64,000 nucleotides of DNA from a virus. Its lineage: Duplodnaviria; Caudoviricetes. Numbering within the stretch: the first letter of the stretch is position 1; each line of letters starts with the position of its first letter. Below the pieces are notes generated by a model. That model made no database searches. It was not told the DNA's origin and saw nothing but the letters and a program-made list of their open reading frames with translations. Positions 9,330 through 19,811 of the stretch are shown in pieces. Made by a program: the position numbers and the translations under genes. The DNA is taken from IMG/VR virus record IMGVR_UViG_2595698517_000001, positions 92,177 to 156,176 of that record; one strand, written 5' to 3'.

Positions 9330-9476
9330 CTAGTTTCCAGTTATTTTGTCGTACAACCTAAGAATAAAAGCCATAGGGAGTAGTACAAACGTACACATAA
9401 CTACTCCGAATAGGAAGTGCCAAAACTTATCATAGTTCTTTCTTTGGTAGAAATCTCGAACCCGTAAATTCACCAT
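9330..9476 (-). CDS. 48-aa single-pass membrane protein (MVNLRVRDFYQRKNYDKFWHFLFGVVMCTFVLLPMAFILRLYDKITGN)
   Basis: Not in the ORF track; TAATG coupling to primase, AAGGAGG RBS, hydrophobic segment. Confidence 0.65.
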   Translation of the reverse strand: MVNLRVRDFYQRKNYDKFWHFLFGVVMCTFVLLPMAFILRLYDKITGN

Positions 9477-10555
9477 TAGCTACCCTCCTTTATAGTCCAT
9501 AGTCGCAACTTCAGTTCTCCTTCACCATCAGCTAGAATAGCTTGTGAAATTAACTCATGTGCCTTGGCTTGCCCTAATTTATTGGCATCGTCATCAGTCG
9601 GGCTGTATACGTAATACACTGGTCTTTCAGGTTGCTTGGCGTGTATCATCTGTGATGTATCTATCATCTCTTTAGTGGCGTTTCGGTCAAGATACAAATA
9701 GATAGGTACGTATACTTTTGTTTTTTCAAGTAACAAGTCTACCTGCTCTGCTGTAATCTTCTTACCAAAGGTTGCTACACCTTCCTGACCGATTGTTAGT
9801 GCATCGAATACACCTTCCGATATGACTATACGTTTACACTTTCTAGCGTTATTCAAATTAAAGATCACGTTCTTCTTTGAATACTCAGTTTCCTTTGCAG
9901 GAGCGTTAAACGATTTAATACTTGGGGATTGCTCGATACTACGAGTGTTCCAGTATAAAGGTTTACGCTTCTCATCGAATGTAAAGAATACAACATGATT
10001 GACAAGGATTAGCTTTCTTCCGTCTACCAGTTCTACTTCACCACGAGTAACGTAAGAAATGTTGTGTTCTTTAATCTGTTCAAGAGTTATACCCCTGCCA
10101 TGTAAATACATAAAGAAGGGGTACGCTTCAGGGTTATTAAAGTTATTAATTAATGTCTTACAGTTAGTTGGTGGTCTAGGGAATGTGTACCTAATCTTAG
10201 GTTGCTCTTCCTCTAACGGTGCCCCTCTTCTTTGAATGTATAATAGCAGTCGCTCTGACTCGGATAGATCAGCCCCGTATTGTGCTATCGTTGCATTCTG
10301 TTTCCTTTGTGCTTTTACATCATAATCGTACATCTCTAGGATTTCTGCGGCTTCAGCAAAATCCACACCGTAGTATTTCATAACGAATGATACGGGGTTA
10401 CCATCTTCCCCACAACGTTTACACTGCCATAGACCTCTTCTATTTTCTACATACAGTTTGTATTTTGTGTTGCCACAGAATGGACAATTAAACCTGGTCT
10501 CATTACCTGCGGGTTTGCTGTCTCCTAGCTCTTGAATAAAAATGTCTAGGAACAT
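9476..10555 (-). CDS. DNA primase (Zn finger plus TOPRIM)
   Basis: CPFC...CKRC zinc-binding domain; SEGVFDAL TOPRIM motif; DANK. Confidence 0.92.
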   Translation of the reverse strand: MFLDIFIQELGDSKPAGNETRFNCPFCGNTKYKLYVENRRGLWQCKRCGEDGNPVSFVMKYYGVDFAEAAEILEMYDYDVKAQRKQNATIAQYGADLSESERLLLYIQRRGAPLEEEQPKIRYTFPRPPTNCKTLINNFNNPEAYPFFMYLHGRGITLEQIKEHNISYVTRGEVELVDGRKLILVNHVVFFTFDEKRKPLYWNTRSIEQSPSIKSFNAPAKETEYSKKNVIFNLNNARKCKRIVISEGVFDALTIGQEGVATFGKKITAEQVDLLLEKTKVYVPIYLYLDRNATKEMIDTSQMIHAKQPERPVYYVYSPTDDDANKLGQAKAHELISQAILADGEGELKLRLWTIKEGS

Positions 10556-10562
10556 ATGTGAC

Positions 10563-11159
10563 TTACTCCCCTTTAGTTAAAAGTTTTTTCATAAGCACAA
10601 GCATGTTATAAATTTCACCTAGTAGCTCAAGCTCTCCCAACTCAGAAGCTCTTGCACATCGGTAAATTTGCTTGTCCCACTCTTCTGTCTGTTGAACGGG
10701 TTGGTAGTTCTCTACCTTTGTTATGTACTTTTCCATATAACGTTTTTCAATCTTTTCTTTTATGTATTGCATATGGTCAGATACAATTTCAAACCCTTCA
10801 TTAACCTGGTTTAGGTCATAGTTGTCTGTAATTGTTGGAATACCCATGAAGCGGGCTTTCATTATAATCTGCACATTTCGTTTAAATACTGGTTCGTTAT
10901 ACGGTACGTCATCCTCAGTAATCGGCAGCTCCTTTGTGCGCTTGAGAATATCTGTCCCGTATACATTTCCTCGATCGTAATGCTTGTCCTGGACTAAATA
11001 CATGTATTCCTTTGCAGCAGAGTACTTATAGTAAAACCCCAGGTTAAAGGGGTACCAAAAATGAATATTCTTTTTTGGAATCAGGATCGTAACTGTCTCC
11101 TGGTCTGTTGTTGATAATTGTAGCTTAATGCCATGATCTAACACGCTAACTAATCTCAT
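10563..11159 (-). CDS. Hypothetical protein
   Basis: ORF between SbcC and primase; likely start ATG 11159. Confidence 0.75.
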   Translation of the reverse strand: MRLVSVLDHGIKLQLSTTDQETVTILIPKKNIHFWYPFNLGFYYKYSAAKEYMYLVQDKHYDRGNVYGTDILKRTKELPITEDDVPYNEPVFKRNVQIIMKARFMGIPTITDNYDLNQVNEGFEIVSDHMQYIKEKIEKRYMEKYITKVENYQPVQQTEEWDKQIYRCARASELGELELLGEIYNMLVLMKKLLTKGE

Positions 11160-13047
11160 GTGTGTTCTTTCCTTCCTGTAATGTTGAGATACCATTGGCA
11201 TCCTTCACAACTGTGATAACCTTCTCAAACAATGCTTTAAAGTGAGCATTGTGTGTAATTACGAATATTGTTCCTACCTTTTTCACTCGTTCACGTAATA
11301 GCGCTACTGCGTTCTCTACACCGATCTCATCTAACCCGTCAAACACTTCGTCATATACGGTAAGGTTTGTGTATTCAAGAACTAAGTCTTGTAGTGCTAA
11401 GGAGATGGCTAAGTCCGCTCGTTTACGTTCTCCGTCCGAGTTTGCCTTGTAGTTATCTCCGCCCGCTCTATTCGTAAGCTGTACATCGAACTTCTCAGTG
11501 TATCCGCCACCTTTTTTAGGTGTTTGTGTACTGAATTTAAGTTCCATATTACTTCCTGATAATTGAGCTAAGTACTTGTTACCATTTTCGTTTAGCTTTG
11601 GCGTAACTAAATCCAATACGTGAGACTTAACTCCTTCATTCGAATACATCTTAACAGCAGTCTCTAATTTAATTTTATCCTTCTCTAAGGCTACCAGGTC
11701 GTGTTTAGCGGCTGTAATCTTAGTTCGAATAGCTTCCCTATCCTTATCTCTTGGCTGCGGCTCAGGGATCGCTAGAAGGTTGTTAAGGTTACGATTGATA
11801 ATCGCTTCCTTGTCTTTAAGAGCCTGTAATGTGCTTGTGTATCTTTGTATGTATTGTTCTCTCTTCTGAATCTCGTTTGCCACTTCTTGGTAAGCTGCTA
11901 AAGCGTTGTCATAAATCGCTTTCTTTTCCAAGTATGTATTGTATAACTCTTGGTACACAGATTCTTGTTTTGTAAGTACCTGGTTCAGTGTATGTAATTC
12001 AATCATTAACTGTCGTACCTGTTCTTTAATAGAAGCCATTTCTTTTTCCCTATGAGTAGGGTCAAGTAGACTTCCACATATCGGACAGTTCGTATCTAAG
12101 CTTAACTTCTTATAATTCTTCACTAGCTCCTCTTTTCTTCGAGTCGCATTAGCAATTTCATTTTTCGTAACCATTACTTGTTGCTGTGCCTGAGCTACTT
12201 CAGTTTGATACGTAGAGATGTTGATAGTATTCATTGTATCTTTTTTCTCCGTAAGCTCTGCTATATCTTCTTTTGCTTTCTCTACAATAGGGAAGTGCTT
12301 TGCGGGGAAATCGTGTAGCTCTTTGATGGCTGCCGCTAGGTTTTTCTGTTCTTGTTGAATCAGGTTACGTGTGTTTTGGTAGTGCTGTGCGTCCTGTTGT
12401 TCTAAAGTATCAACTTGTCCTAGTTGCCACTCTAACTTTTCCATCTCGTTTTTCTTTGCTAGAATTTCCGCATCCTTCGCTTTCACACGATCCTTAGCTA
12501 CTGCTTGCGCTATGGAATAAATGTCTAAGTTTAGGATACTGTCTAACACTTCTTTCTTACGTGAATCAGGAAGTAATGCGAATGCTCCTAATCCGTCAGC
12601 CTTCTGTGCAAATAAGATACTGTTTACAAATGTTGTATACGGAAGTCCAACTATATCCTCAATCAATTTGTTTGTAGCAGGTGCAGTATCGGCTGTAATT
12701 TCTTTGTTGTTACAGAATAACTTTACTTTGTTCTTATATGTAGAATGTTTTCGGTATCGTTCAATACGGTAGGTATCGTCACCTTTAACACCTTCTAAAA
12801 TAACTGCTGTGTTCTTACCAATCTTGTTATTGATTACTTCGTCTGCCTGTAACCCTTTAGTCGTTACATTATAAATAACATACGATAGAGCATCAGGAAC
12901 AAGCGTACTCTTACCTGAACCATTACTCTTAAACTTCGGGTCGCTGTTATTTATCCCTTCGATCAGAACTAATCCTTGGTTGTCTAGTTCCAGTTCTGCT
13001 TCGTTAATGGCTAAAAAGTTTTTGACAGTTAACTTTGTCCACTTCAT
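11146..13047 (-). CDS. sbcC: SbcC/Rad50-like recombination ATPase
   Basis: Walker A NGSGKS, coiled coil with CPIC zinc hook, SDGE signature, YDEVFDGLD, ITH. Confidence 0.93.
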   Translation of the reverse strand: MKWTKLTVKNFLAINEAELELDNQGLVLIEGINNSDPKFKSNGSGKSTLVPDALSYVIYNVTTKGLQADEVINNKIGKNTAVILEGVKGDDTYRIERYRKHSTYKNKVKLFCNNKEITADTAPATNKLIEDIVGLPYTTFVNSILFAQKADGLGAFALLPDSRKKEVLDSILNLDIYSIAQAVAKDRVKAKDAEILAKKNEMEKLEWQLGQVDTLEQQDAQHYQNTRNLIQQEQKNLAAAIKELHDFPAKHFPIVEKAKEDIAELTEKKDTMNTINISTYQTEVAQAQQQVMVTKNEIANATRRKEELVKNYKKLSLDTNCPICGSLLDPTHREKEMASIKEQVRQLMIELHTLNQVLTKQESVYQELYNTYLEKKAIYDNALAAYQEVANEIQKREQYIQRYTSTLQALKDKEAIINRNLNNLLAIPEPQPRDKDREAIRTKITAAKHDLVALEKDKIKLETAVKMYSNEGVKSHVLDLVTPKLNENGNKYLAQLSGSNMELKFSTQTPKKGGGYTEKFDVQLTNRAGGDNYKANSDGERKRADLAISLALQDLVLEYTNLTVYDEVFDGLDEIGVENAVALLRERVKKVGTIFVITHNAHFKALFEKVITVVKDANGISTLQEGKNTHEIS

Positions 13048-13092
13048 GGTTGTCCTCCTTCTAACTAGGTGTGTATACAGTTCTGTAGCATC

Positions 13093-13121
13093 ATTGTATC
13101 ATTTGACCTATTTTATGTCAA
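13093..13121 (-). promoter_or_regulatory. SigmaA-like promoter for sbcC
   Basis: TTGACA-17-TACAAT with TG extension, just after a GGAGGTAT/ATACCTCC terminator hairpin. Confidence 0.75.
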
Positions 13122-13164
13122 CACAAAAAGGAGGTATTATAGGCATACCTCCTAAATTTTCTGA

Positions 13165-14241
13165 CTATTTTCTCATCGCTTCGTTTAGTATGTCTAGAGC
13201 TAGGTCTACTATCTCAGGAGCATACTCTTTCGCATAAGCTTCCACGATCTCTTTCTCACTTGAAGTAACCGCAATATTAATACGGGTTTCAGTGTGATAC
13301 TCTTTCTTTATTTCCAATCGGACATTATCTGTACTCTCCTTGAACACTGCGACTTCTGTAGCTAACTCCTGCGGCAGGATCAAACGTACATAGTTATTAT
13401 CGACAATCTCCTGGATGTTATCAGGGATGTGGTCAAGCGTAATGAACTTCTTATTTTCGATAGGGATAAACTCAGGTTTACCGATAGTGTCTACATCAAG
13501 TCTAAACACACCTTTATCTTGTCCCTCATCTGAAAAGCTTGCTTGTATCGGGTTGCCCGAGTAGAACATATTGTCTGTTCCACCTAAGAACTGTCGCTTA
13601 TGATAATGTCCTAAAGCTACATATGTAAACACATTCGGATAAAGGTCTCCTAGTTGGAATGCTCCTTCTAATCGGTGACTGTATCTCCCTGTTTCACTAC
13701 CGTCTACTCCCAAGTGCCCGACTAAGATCGTAGGTTCTTCGCATGTCTTCGCATGTTCCGCAAACTCTTTAATCTTCGTCTTTGCCATTGCTACATCATC
13801 CGAGTATGACACAGGATAAATCATACATGAGCCTGTATGAACTGGTTTAAAATCATCCAGGATAGTTACCCTTGGGATCGTTCTAAACGTTCTCAAGCTG
13901 TGTTCAGGGATCGGTGAGTTATCCTTTTGGTCGTGGTTCCCGACTATCATGTACATATTAATGTTTGGGTAGCGCATCATATTCTCATAGATGGTATCGA
14001 AACCTAAGTTAAATACTAATGTCGGTATTCGGTTACGTGCATGGAAAAAGTCCCCATCAAATAAAATGTCTGCATCGTTTTCATTAGCGATAGCAAATAT
14101 CTTATTTAAGGTTTCTATCTGTGCCACCAGGCGGTCAGTTAGTTCCATCTCCCTACCGAAGAAGTTGTATGTCATCGGCTTGGCGTAGTCCTCAAAGTTA
14201 TGTAAATGAAAATCAGCGAAATTAATAAGATTGCGTCCCAT
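13165..14241 (-). CDS. sbcD: SbcD/Mre11-like metallophosphoesterase nuclease
   Basis: DFH, GDFFH, GNHD and GHYH motifs. Confidence 0.93.
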   Translation of the reverse strand: MGRNLINFADFHLHNFEDYAKPMTYNFFGREMELTDRLVAQIETLNKIFAIANENDADILFDGDFFHARNRIPTLVFNLGFDTIYENMMRYPNINMYMIVGNHDQKDNSPIPEHSLRTFRTIPRVTILDDFKPVHTGSCMIYPVSYSDDVAMAKTKIKEFAEHAKTCEEPTILVGHLGVDGSETGRYSHRLEGAFQLGDLYPNVFTYVALGHYHKRQFLGGTDNMFYSGNPIQASFSDEGQDKGVFRLDVDTIGKPEFIPIENKKFITLDHIPDNIQEIVDNNYVRLILPQELATEVAVFKESTDNVRLEIKKEYHTETRINIAVTSSEKEIVEAYAKEYAPEIVDLALDILNEAMRK

Positions 14242-15711
14242 TTAGTTTGCTCCCCTCATGTTCTGTATGGACTGATTGATTTCTTCTGCGTAGTTTGGCA
14301 TCTGTGTATTGTCTTGCTTACCCTTACGCTTGTTCTTAAACATTGCGTCCCGTGCGTCATCTATCGACTCAAGAATAGCTAAATGCTCGTTCTTTTCTTG
14401 TTCCGACTTGTAGTTACGTACGGTTTGGGCACTACCTACAACCTTCAGCCCTATCATCTTATCAAACTGTCCTTCAGGAGGGTTACGGAGCTTGTCCGCA
14501 TATAATCGAACGAATCCTGCTCTAAACTCTTCGTCAGACTGCTGTACTGCCAGGATTAACTCCGCAGCATTCTTCTTACGAAGTGAACCTTCCATATTTT
14601 CAGAGGTACGGATTGTTGCACTGTAAGCTGTACGGTTCATCTGAGCTGCTGTCCACATTACCACATTATACTCTTGTCCGATACGTCTCATCTCTTCGAA
14701 TAAACGTCCACCATCTTCTGCTTCATTACCTGTAGCGTTTGGGTTACGAAGTAATTCAGGATAGTCAATGATAACAACGTCAAGGTCAATACCCCAACGA
14801 ATCTTAACATCCGAGATTAACTGTTCAATCTTCGCAGGTGTGATCGTACGTGGGGAGTAACGAGCAAAGAACAAGTTACCAAAGTGTTGTCGGTTTTGTT
14901 TAATAAATTCTTGGTTCTTATTAAACTCTACCTGGTTTAAAGCATTACCTGTTAGAATCTGACTTCTGTTTCTACGTAATAATGATTGCTCTAACTTTAG
15001 AAGCATTCGGTTCTCTAATTCCTCTAGGGCAATGAAGAGAACATTATACTTATTCTTCGTATAGTTGGTAGCTAAGTTCGTCAGGATTAATGTTTTACCA
15101 GTACCTGAAGCGGCTACCACCATACCTAACTCCCCTTTTGCTAACCCCCCATTATTAAGATGGTCAATGTCAGCAAAGCCTGTAGGAATCATATTTTGGT
15201 ACAACGTAGATAAAGATGTTCGTTTGTATTCTGTATCGTCTAGGACGTTAATGATTTCATCACGTTTACCTGTAATGTTAAGTAAGAGAATCTGCTTAAA
15301 CTCTTCTGCCGCCTTATCCATATAAGACGGGTTCTCTAAGTTCATTGCTACTTTAGTCATCCAGTCGATTTGCATTGCTTTACGAATATGCAACTCAATG
15401 TTTTCATCGATAACAGAATCGTCTGTATTATCTCTAACCTTATACAGCTCATGAATCTTATCAAAGTACTTCTGCTGTTCTTCTGCATCCTTCCGCATTC
15501 GGTCTAGCTTGGTTTGGGTTAGTGTAAGGAATGCGTCTTCATTTAAAATGTTACGGTTCGTTTGATAGTACCTCTTGATAATCCCAACTAACTCCTTGTA
15601 TTCCTGGGAGCTGTTAAATACCGATAGCGGGATAATAGGTAGAACCTCCTTCGAAAACGAGGGAGATTCAATAGCCTTTCTTAAAATCTGTTTCATAATA
15701 GGGGTTTCCAT
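14242..15711 (-). CDS. DnaB-like replicative helicase
   Basis: IPTGF, ASGTGKT, ALEE, IIDYPE, TAAQMNR motifs. Confidence 0.92.
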   Translation of the reverse strand: METPIMKQILRKAIESPSFSKEVLPIIPLSVFNSSQEYKELVGIIKRYYQTNRNILNEDAFLTLTQTKLDRMRKDAEEQQKYFDKIHELYKVRDNTDDSVIDENIELHIRKAMQIDWMTKVAMNLENPSYMDKAAEEFKQILLLNITGKRDEIINVLDDTEYKRTSLSTLYQNMIPTGFADIDHLNNGGLAKGELGMVVAASGTGKTLILTNLATNYTKNKYNVLFIALEELENRMLLKLEQSLLRRNRSQILTGNALNQVEFNKNQEFIKQNRQHFGNLFFARYSPRTITPAKIEQLISDVKIRWGIDLDVVIIDYPELLRNPNATGNEAEDGGRLFEEMRRIGQEYNVVMWTAAQMNRTAYSATIRTSENMEGSLRKKNAAELILAVQQSDEEFRAGFVRLYADKLRNPPEGQFDKMIGLKVVGSAQTVRNYKSEQEKNEHLAILESIDDARDAMFKNKRKGKQDNTQMPNYAEEINQSIQNMRGAN

Positions 15712-15882
15712 CTAGCGTTCCCCCCTAAGTAGACGGATACGTTCTGACGGGGTTTCTTTTTCTCCCTGTATTCTATCGATTGTTAACTCAAGCGCCTTCA
15801 AGTATCTTGCTCTTTGTCGTGCTTCATACCGTTCACCTTGAAGTTTTTTGTGACTTCCTTTTCTTCTTGACCTTACTGCCAT
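15712..15882 (-). CDS. 56-aa basic protein (MAVRSRRKGSHKKLQGERYEARQRARYLKALELTIDRIQGEKETPSERIRLLRGER)
   Basis: Not in the ORF track; GAGGAGG RBS; stop abuts the helicase ATG. Confidence 0.7.
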   Translation of the reverse strand: MAVRSRRKGSHKKLQGERYEARQRARYLKALELTIDRIQGEKETPSERIRLLRGER

Positions 15883-15915
15883 ATCATGCTCCTCCTCTAA
15901 TGATGACTGTACATC

Positions 15916-15944
15916 AGTATATCATGATTGCACTGCTCTGTAAA
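15916..15944 (-). promoter_or_regulatory. Promoter TTTACA-17-TATACT
   Basis: TG-extended -10; GGTTTACAG -35 context shared with the promoter at 17670-17697. Confidence 0.55.
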
Positions 15945-15955
15945 CCGAGCTGTAA

Positions 15956-17620
15956 CTAATTAAAAAACTCTTCCAGTAGGTCATCTACTGATTGCTTCTC
16001 TTCTACTTTACCTTCTAGCTCCCAGGTTTTCTTGTTTGTAATGTCGTTATGATCTATCTCTTCACTATCTACCTTGTCTATAAATTTAACTATTTGGTCT
16101 ACATCTAGCATAGAAAATTCATCCACAGGTACTTTTTCTTTACCGTATTCCTTGAATGCTTCTTGTATGTCTGCTAACGATAAATACACACCTTGGAACT
16201 CCATGATTAGTCGTAGTACATCGTAGGTCTCTTCTAAAGCAATCATGCGGTAGTATAAGTCAAAACCTAGTTTCTTTTGGTTAGCTACTGTTTCTGTTGG
16301 GTGCGCTAATCGCCCTAGAGCCCATTCGTATTTCCATCGTACAGGGTTCACTGGTGTAGCTTCTCGTTTAATCGTTGCTAACATAATCTGTGTCATTTCT
16401 GAGCCCAGGATGACATGCTCAGGGAGATTCTGTGACCCGCCAGTTTGGATAAGGGATTGCAACATAACGAACTTCTTAATAGTGTTTCGAGTTTTAAATG
16501 AAACCTCTTTAGCTCGAAGGTTCTCGTTTGTTATGTCATAGAAGTCTAGTAATGCACATTCTGTATCACCGAAACCTTCTTCCTTAAAGAAGTCTGTAAT
16601 TGCTGCTCTATAATGCCATAACCCTTTTCCTTTTGTTCTTTCATCGTAACCGTCACGAATAGCACGAACTACAAAGTCATTGACGAACTTTGCAGGAATC
16701 TGTTGGACTGATCTAAACGTAGTGCTGTACTTTTGTTGGAATCCGCAATATTGGGCGAACACTTCATAAGAGGTGTCACTAATTAAAGCATTAACGAATG
16801 GAAGTACTTTTTTGCTCCTCTTCGTAACTGCGTCAAAGATAGAACGGTTAAATTGTGCGGAAAGGTATACAGCGGGGTCGATTCCGTTTTCGTCACAGAA
16901 CTCACGGAACTTTTCAAATTGTGACCACCTAACAGAGCCATAGAATCGCTCAGGCAATACATCATATTGTTCACTAATCATTTGTACTTCGGGTGCGTCC
17001 TTCAAACCACTACGTACGTCTATGTTATGTTGGTCTGTAAATAGGACTGCATAACGATTGTATAAACGAGACAATAAGTATGTACGGTAGTCGTCTACAG
17101 GATTCTCCAATTGTTCGAACCAGTTCCAGTTCGGCTTACCACCTAAAGCTTCTAAACGATCGTTAATTTCGTCAATATTATTTTGGTGTTTTTTCTGTAG
17201 TAACTGAGCTTCTAACATTTGTTGTTTTGTTCTACGACTACGCTTGTTTTCTTTCTTTGGTTTTTTCTTAGTTGGAATCTTCTTTTCCAGTACATCGTCA
17301 ATAGAGATTGGTTCTTCTGAATTGACCAATGCCTTGTCAGATGTTTCAAAACGAATAAGAGCAGAGTTGAACATGATTACGGTTCCACCGCCACGTCCAC
17401 GCTTACCCTTTAACTGGATTATCTTTCGACTCTCCAACTCTTTCAAATAACGAGAGGTTGTCCGAATATCCTTACCGAAGTCCTCAGACAACTCTCTCTT
17501 TGTAAATGTTAATACGTATTCACTTGCTTGTTTTGCCTTCTCAACTAGCTTTGTTAAAAAGTCTAATACTTTAGGCTTAATGTCTACAACAGATGATTCT
17601 AGGTACACACCGTACTCCAT
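15956..17620 (-). CDS. Winged-HTH DNA-binding/Rep-like protein conserved in Herelleviridae
   Basis: N-terminal HTH (TKRELSEDFGKDIRTTSRYLKEL) and GKRGRGGG wing; located between the two helicases. Confidence 0.75.
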   Translation of the reverse strand: MEYGVYLESSVVDIKPKVLDFLTKLVEKAKQASEYVLTFTKRELSEDFGKDIRTTSRYLKELESRKIIQLKGKRGRGGGTVIMFNSALIRFETSDKALVNSEEPISIDDVLEKKIPTKKKPKKENKRSRRTKQQMLEAQLLQKKHQNNIDEINDRLEALGGKPNWNWFEQLENPVDDYRTYLLSRLYNRYAVLFTDQHNIDVRSGLKDAPEVQMISEQYDVLPERFYGSVRWSQFEKFREFCDENGIDPAVYLSAQFNRSIFDAVTKRSKKVLPFVNALISDTSYEVFAQYCGFQQKYSTTFRSVQQIPAKFVNDFVVRAIRDGYDERTKGKGLWHYRAAITDFFKEEGFGDTECALLDFYDITNENLRAKEVSFKTRNTIKKFVMLQSLIQTGGSQNLPEHVILGSEMTQIMLATIKREATPVNPVRWKYEWALGRLAHPTETVANQKKLGFDLYYRMIALEETYDVLRLIMEFQGVYLSLADIQEAFKEYGKEKVPVDEFSMLDVDQIVKFIDKVDSEEIDHNDITNKKTWELEGKVEEKQSVDDLLEEFFN

Positions 17621-17669
17621 ACTAGTTCCTCCTTGTGTTATTTCCTTACATTCCGTAGTTTATAACTCT

Positions 17670-17697
17670 ATTATAACACAGACTGTAGTTCTGTAAA
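17670..17697 (-). promoter_or_regulatory. Promoter TTTACA-16-TATAAT
   Basis: TG-extended consensus -10. Confidence 0.55.
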
Positions 17698-17707
17698 CCC
17701 GATGATG

Positions 17708-19483
17708 CTACTCCCCAAGCATCTTCACATCGAAGCTCTCATTTTGGTAAATCTTAAGACGTTCTTTACTGTGTGACAACAGATGTTTATTTGTCATATC
17801 GTAGAAGTCAAATACCAAGACTGTATTTCCATCGATACCATTAAGACGTAATCCACGACCGATACGCTGTAGGTTCTGACGTAAGCTTTTGTTACCACCT
17901 GACATCAGCAGCATACCGATACTCTTAATGTCAACCCCCTGGTCAAGGATACTCGATGCAATTAGTACTCGGGATTCCTTTGTACTAAATCTGCGTAGGT
18001 ATTCGTCACGATCTTCCATATCTAAGCTACCGTGTGTGAAGTCACTATCGAAACCAAATTCCTCTTTGAGAATCTTTTGGATTCGCTCCCCGTGCTCAAT
18101 ATGGTTTACACTAATAAGCACCCCACCTGGTCGGTTACGTAAATACCAACTTGCAGTTTGGGCAATGATTCTGTTCCGTGCATCGTTTTCCGTAATACCT
18201 TTCTTGTATGCTTCCAGGTAGTTACCAACAAGCTCAATGTCTCTCGGCTCGGATATAGGTATCATACGAATAACTGGTTTAGATGAAACACCTTGTCCAA
18301 TTAAGTACTCGTTCGATACTTTGAATAGGTCGCTACCGTATACACACTGCATACGTTGCCACAGCATTTTATTCTTTTGGTCTACGGTACCTGTTAATGC
18401 AATACGGTACTGTGCATTCGGTAACTGAGTCATTGTATCAAATACAGTTGCTCCGTTAATCTCGTGCGCTTCGTCCTGGATCGCTACTCGAACAGATTCC
18501 ATAAACTCTTTCACTTCTTTAAACTTCTTATACTTCTTTTTGTTCTTCTTTTCCATAATCTTATCGAACTCGACCACATATTTATTGAGCTGCATCTGAG
18601 CGCCTTTATCTGTGAATCGTTGGTCGTAAGCTATGTACATTAGCTGCTCTTCTGAGTCCTTCCATACTCGTGTATCCAGGTTACAGTTCTTCAGATAATT
18701 ACGAATAAGCTGTCTTGTATTCACTGTATTTCGGAACTTAGGTGTAATCTCTTCTGCAATGAATTTGATAACCCGTTCCTTTGGTGTGAAGCTAATACCT
18801 TTCTTCGGGTCTTTTAATGCACTTGCTAATGTCGGGATCATAACGAACACGATCTTCTTATTCTTGATGTCAAATTTACCGTCACCGATTTTACCGATGT
18901 CCTTCTCCTTCAGGTTCAAACGTTTACGTACACGCTCTGCCCCCTGGTGGAAAATCTCTTTCGAGTTACAGAAGAATGCTAATCGTTCCCCTCGTTTTAC
19001 ATGCGGCATTAGCTGCTGCATAATACCTGAAGCACATTCTGTTTTTCCTGCATTCGTTGCAAGATTCAGAATTTGCACTTGAGATTCTAGCGCTTTCTTA
19101 ACCGCATTGTACTGGTATGGTCGTAACGTAATTGGTTCTTCGTCACCGTTACCTAACACAATCTGTTCATCCATGCTGTCATGATGCATAATCTGAGGAG
19201 GTCGAACATCTTCAATCTCGTAAGCAAGCATCGGGTACTGGTCTTTTAATGCACGCATACCGTCCATGAATTGAGGAAGTAGCCCTGTAAGGAACTTATC
19301 TTCTTTCTTGTCATAGAAGTCCGTGATACCGTCCCAATGTCCTGCTTTGTATGAAGGTGAATGGAAAGCGCTATCCTCTTTAATACCCATCTTAATGTGC
19401 ATCATTGCTTGCACTTTCTCTCGAAGTAACGTGTTTCCTTGGAAGTCTACGTGGGTATACATTATGTCTACAATAACTTTCAT
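17708..19483 (-). CDS. SF2 (DEAH) DNA helicase
   Basis: LRPYQ, ATNAGKT, DEAH, LTGT, QGVDI, QRIGRGLR motifs. Confidence 0.93.
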   Translation of the reverse strand: MKVIVDIMYTHVDFQGNTLLREKVQAMMHIKMGIKEDSAFHSPSYKAGHWDGITDFYDKKEDKFLTGLLPQFMDGMRALKDQYPMLAYEIEDVRPPQIMHHDSMDEQIVLGNGDEEPITLRPYQYNAVKKALESQVQILNLATNAGKTECASGIMQQLMPHVKRGERLAFFCNSKEIFHQGAERVRKRLNLKEKDIGKIGDGKFDIKNKKIVFVMIPTLASALKDPKKGISFTPKERVIKFIAEEITPKFRNTVNTRQLIRNYLKNCNLDTRVWKDSEEQLMYIAYDQRFTDKGAQMQLNKYVVEFDKIMEKKNKKKYKKFKEVKEFMESVRVAIQDEAHEINGATVFDTMTQLPNAQYRIALTGTVDQKNKMLWQRMQCVYGSDLFKVSNEYLIGQGVSSKPVIRMIPISEPRDIELVGNYLEAYKKGITENDARNRIIAQTASWYLRNRPGGVLISVNHIEHGERIQKILKEEFGFDSDFTHGSLDMEDRDEYLRRFSTKESRVLIASSILDQGVDIKSIGMLLMSGGNKSLRQNLQRIGRGLRLNGIDGNTVLVFDFYDMTNKHLLSHSKERLKIYQNESFDVKMLGE

Positions 19484-19538
19484 GTATGTAATTACATCCT
19501 CTCACTGGTGTATGGCTTGATACACAGTGAACTGCTGC

Positions 19539-19811
19539 TTAAAATTCTATGTCGTCAAACATTACTGAATTAAACTTAAGGAATGGATAACCTACAAACT
19601 CTACTTCCGAACTCCAAGCGCTAACATAAATTTCTTGTACAGTCAGAATCTGACCTTCTTTGAAGTGCAGGTTAGCTTGCTTTCTGTCGTGGTCAGTTCC
19701 CCCTGTGTTCGTATACTTGACTAACCTACCATGAGGTGGTGTGTCACTTCCATGCCTTTCCTTGCCAAGGAAGTTATACATGTTGATTCCACCGCTGATA
19801 CTCATACTCAT
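19539..19811 (-). CDS. Hypothetical protein
   Basis: 90-aa ORF with GAGGAGG RBS. Confidence 0.75.
   Translation of the reverse strand: MSMSISGGINMYNFLGKERHGSDTPPHGRLVKYTNTGGTDHDRKQANLHFKEGQILTVQEIYVSAWSSEVEFVGYPFLKFNSVMFDDIEF

Noticed and set aside
15939-15956. WalR box upstream of the helicase unit
   Set aside because: TGTAAA and TGTAAC are separated by 6 nt instead of 5, and the first is better explained as a -35 element.
18480-18830. Intein in the SF2 helicase
   Set aside because: The ~100-aa insertion before DEAH lacks the Cys/Ser start and the His-Asn-nucleophile end.
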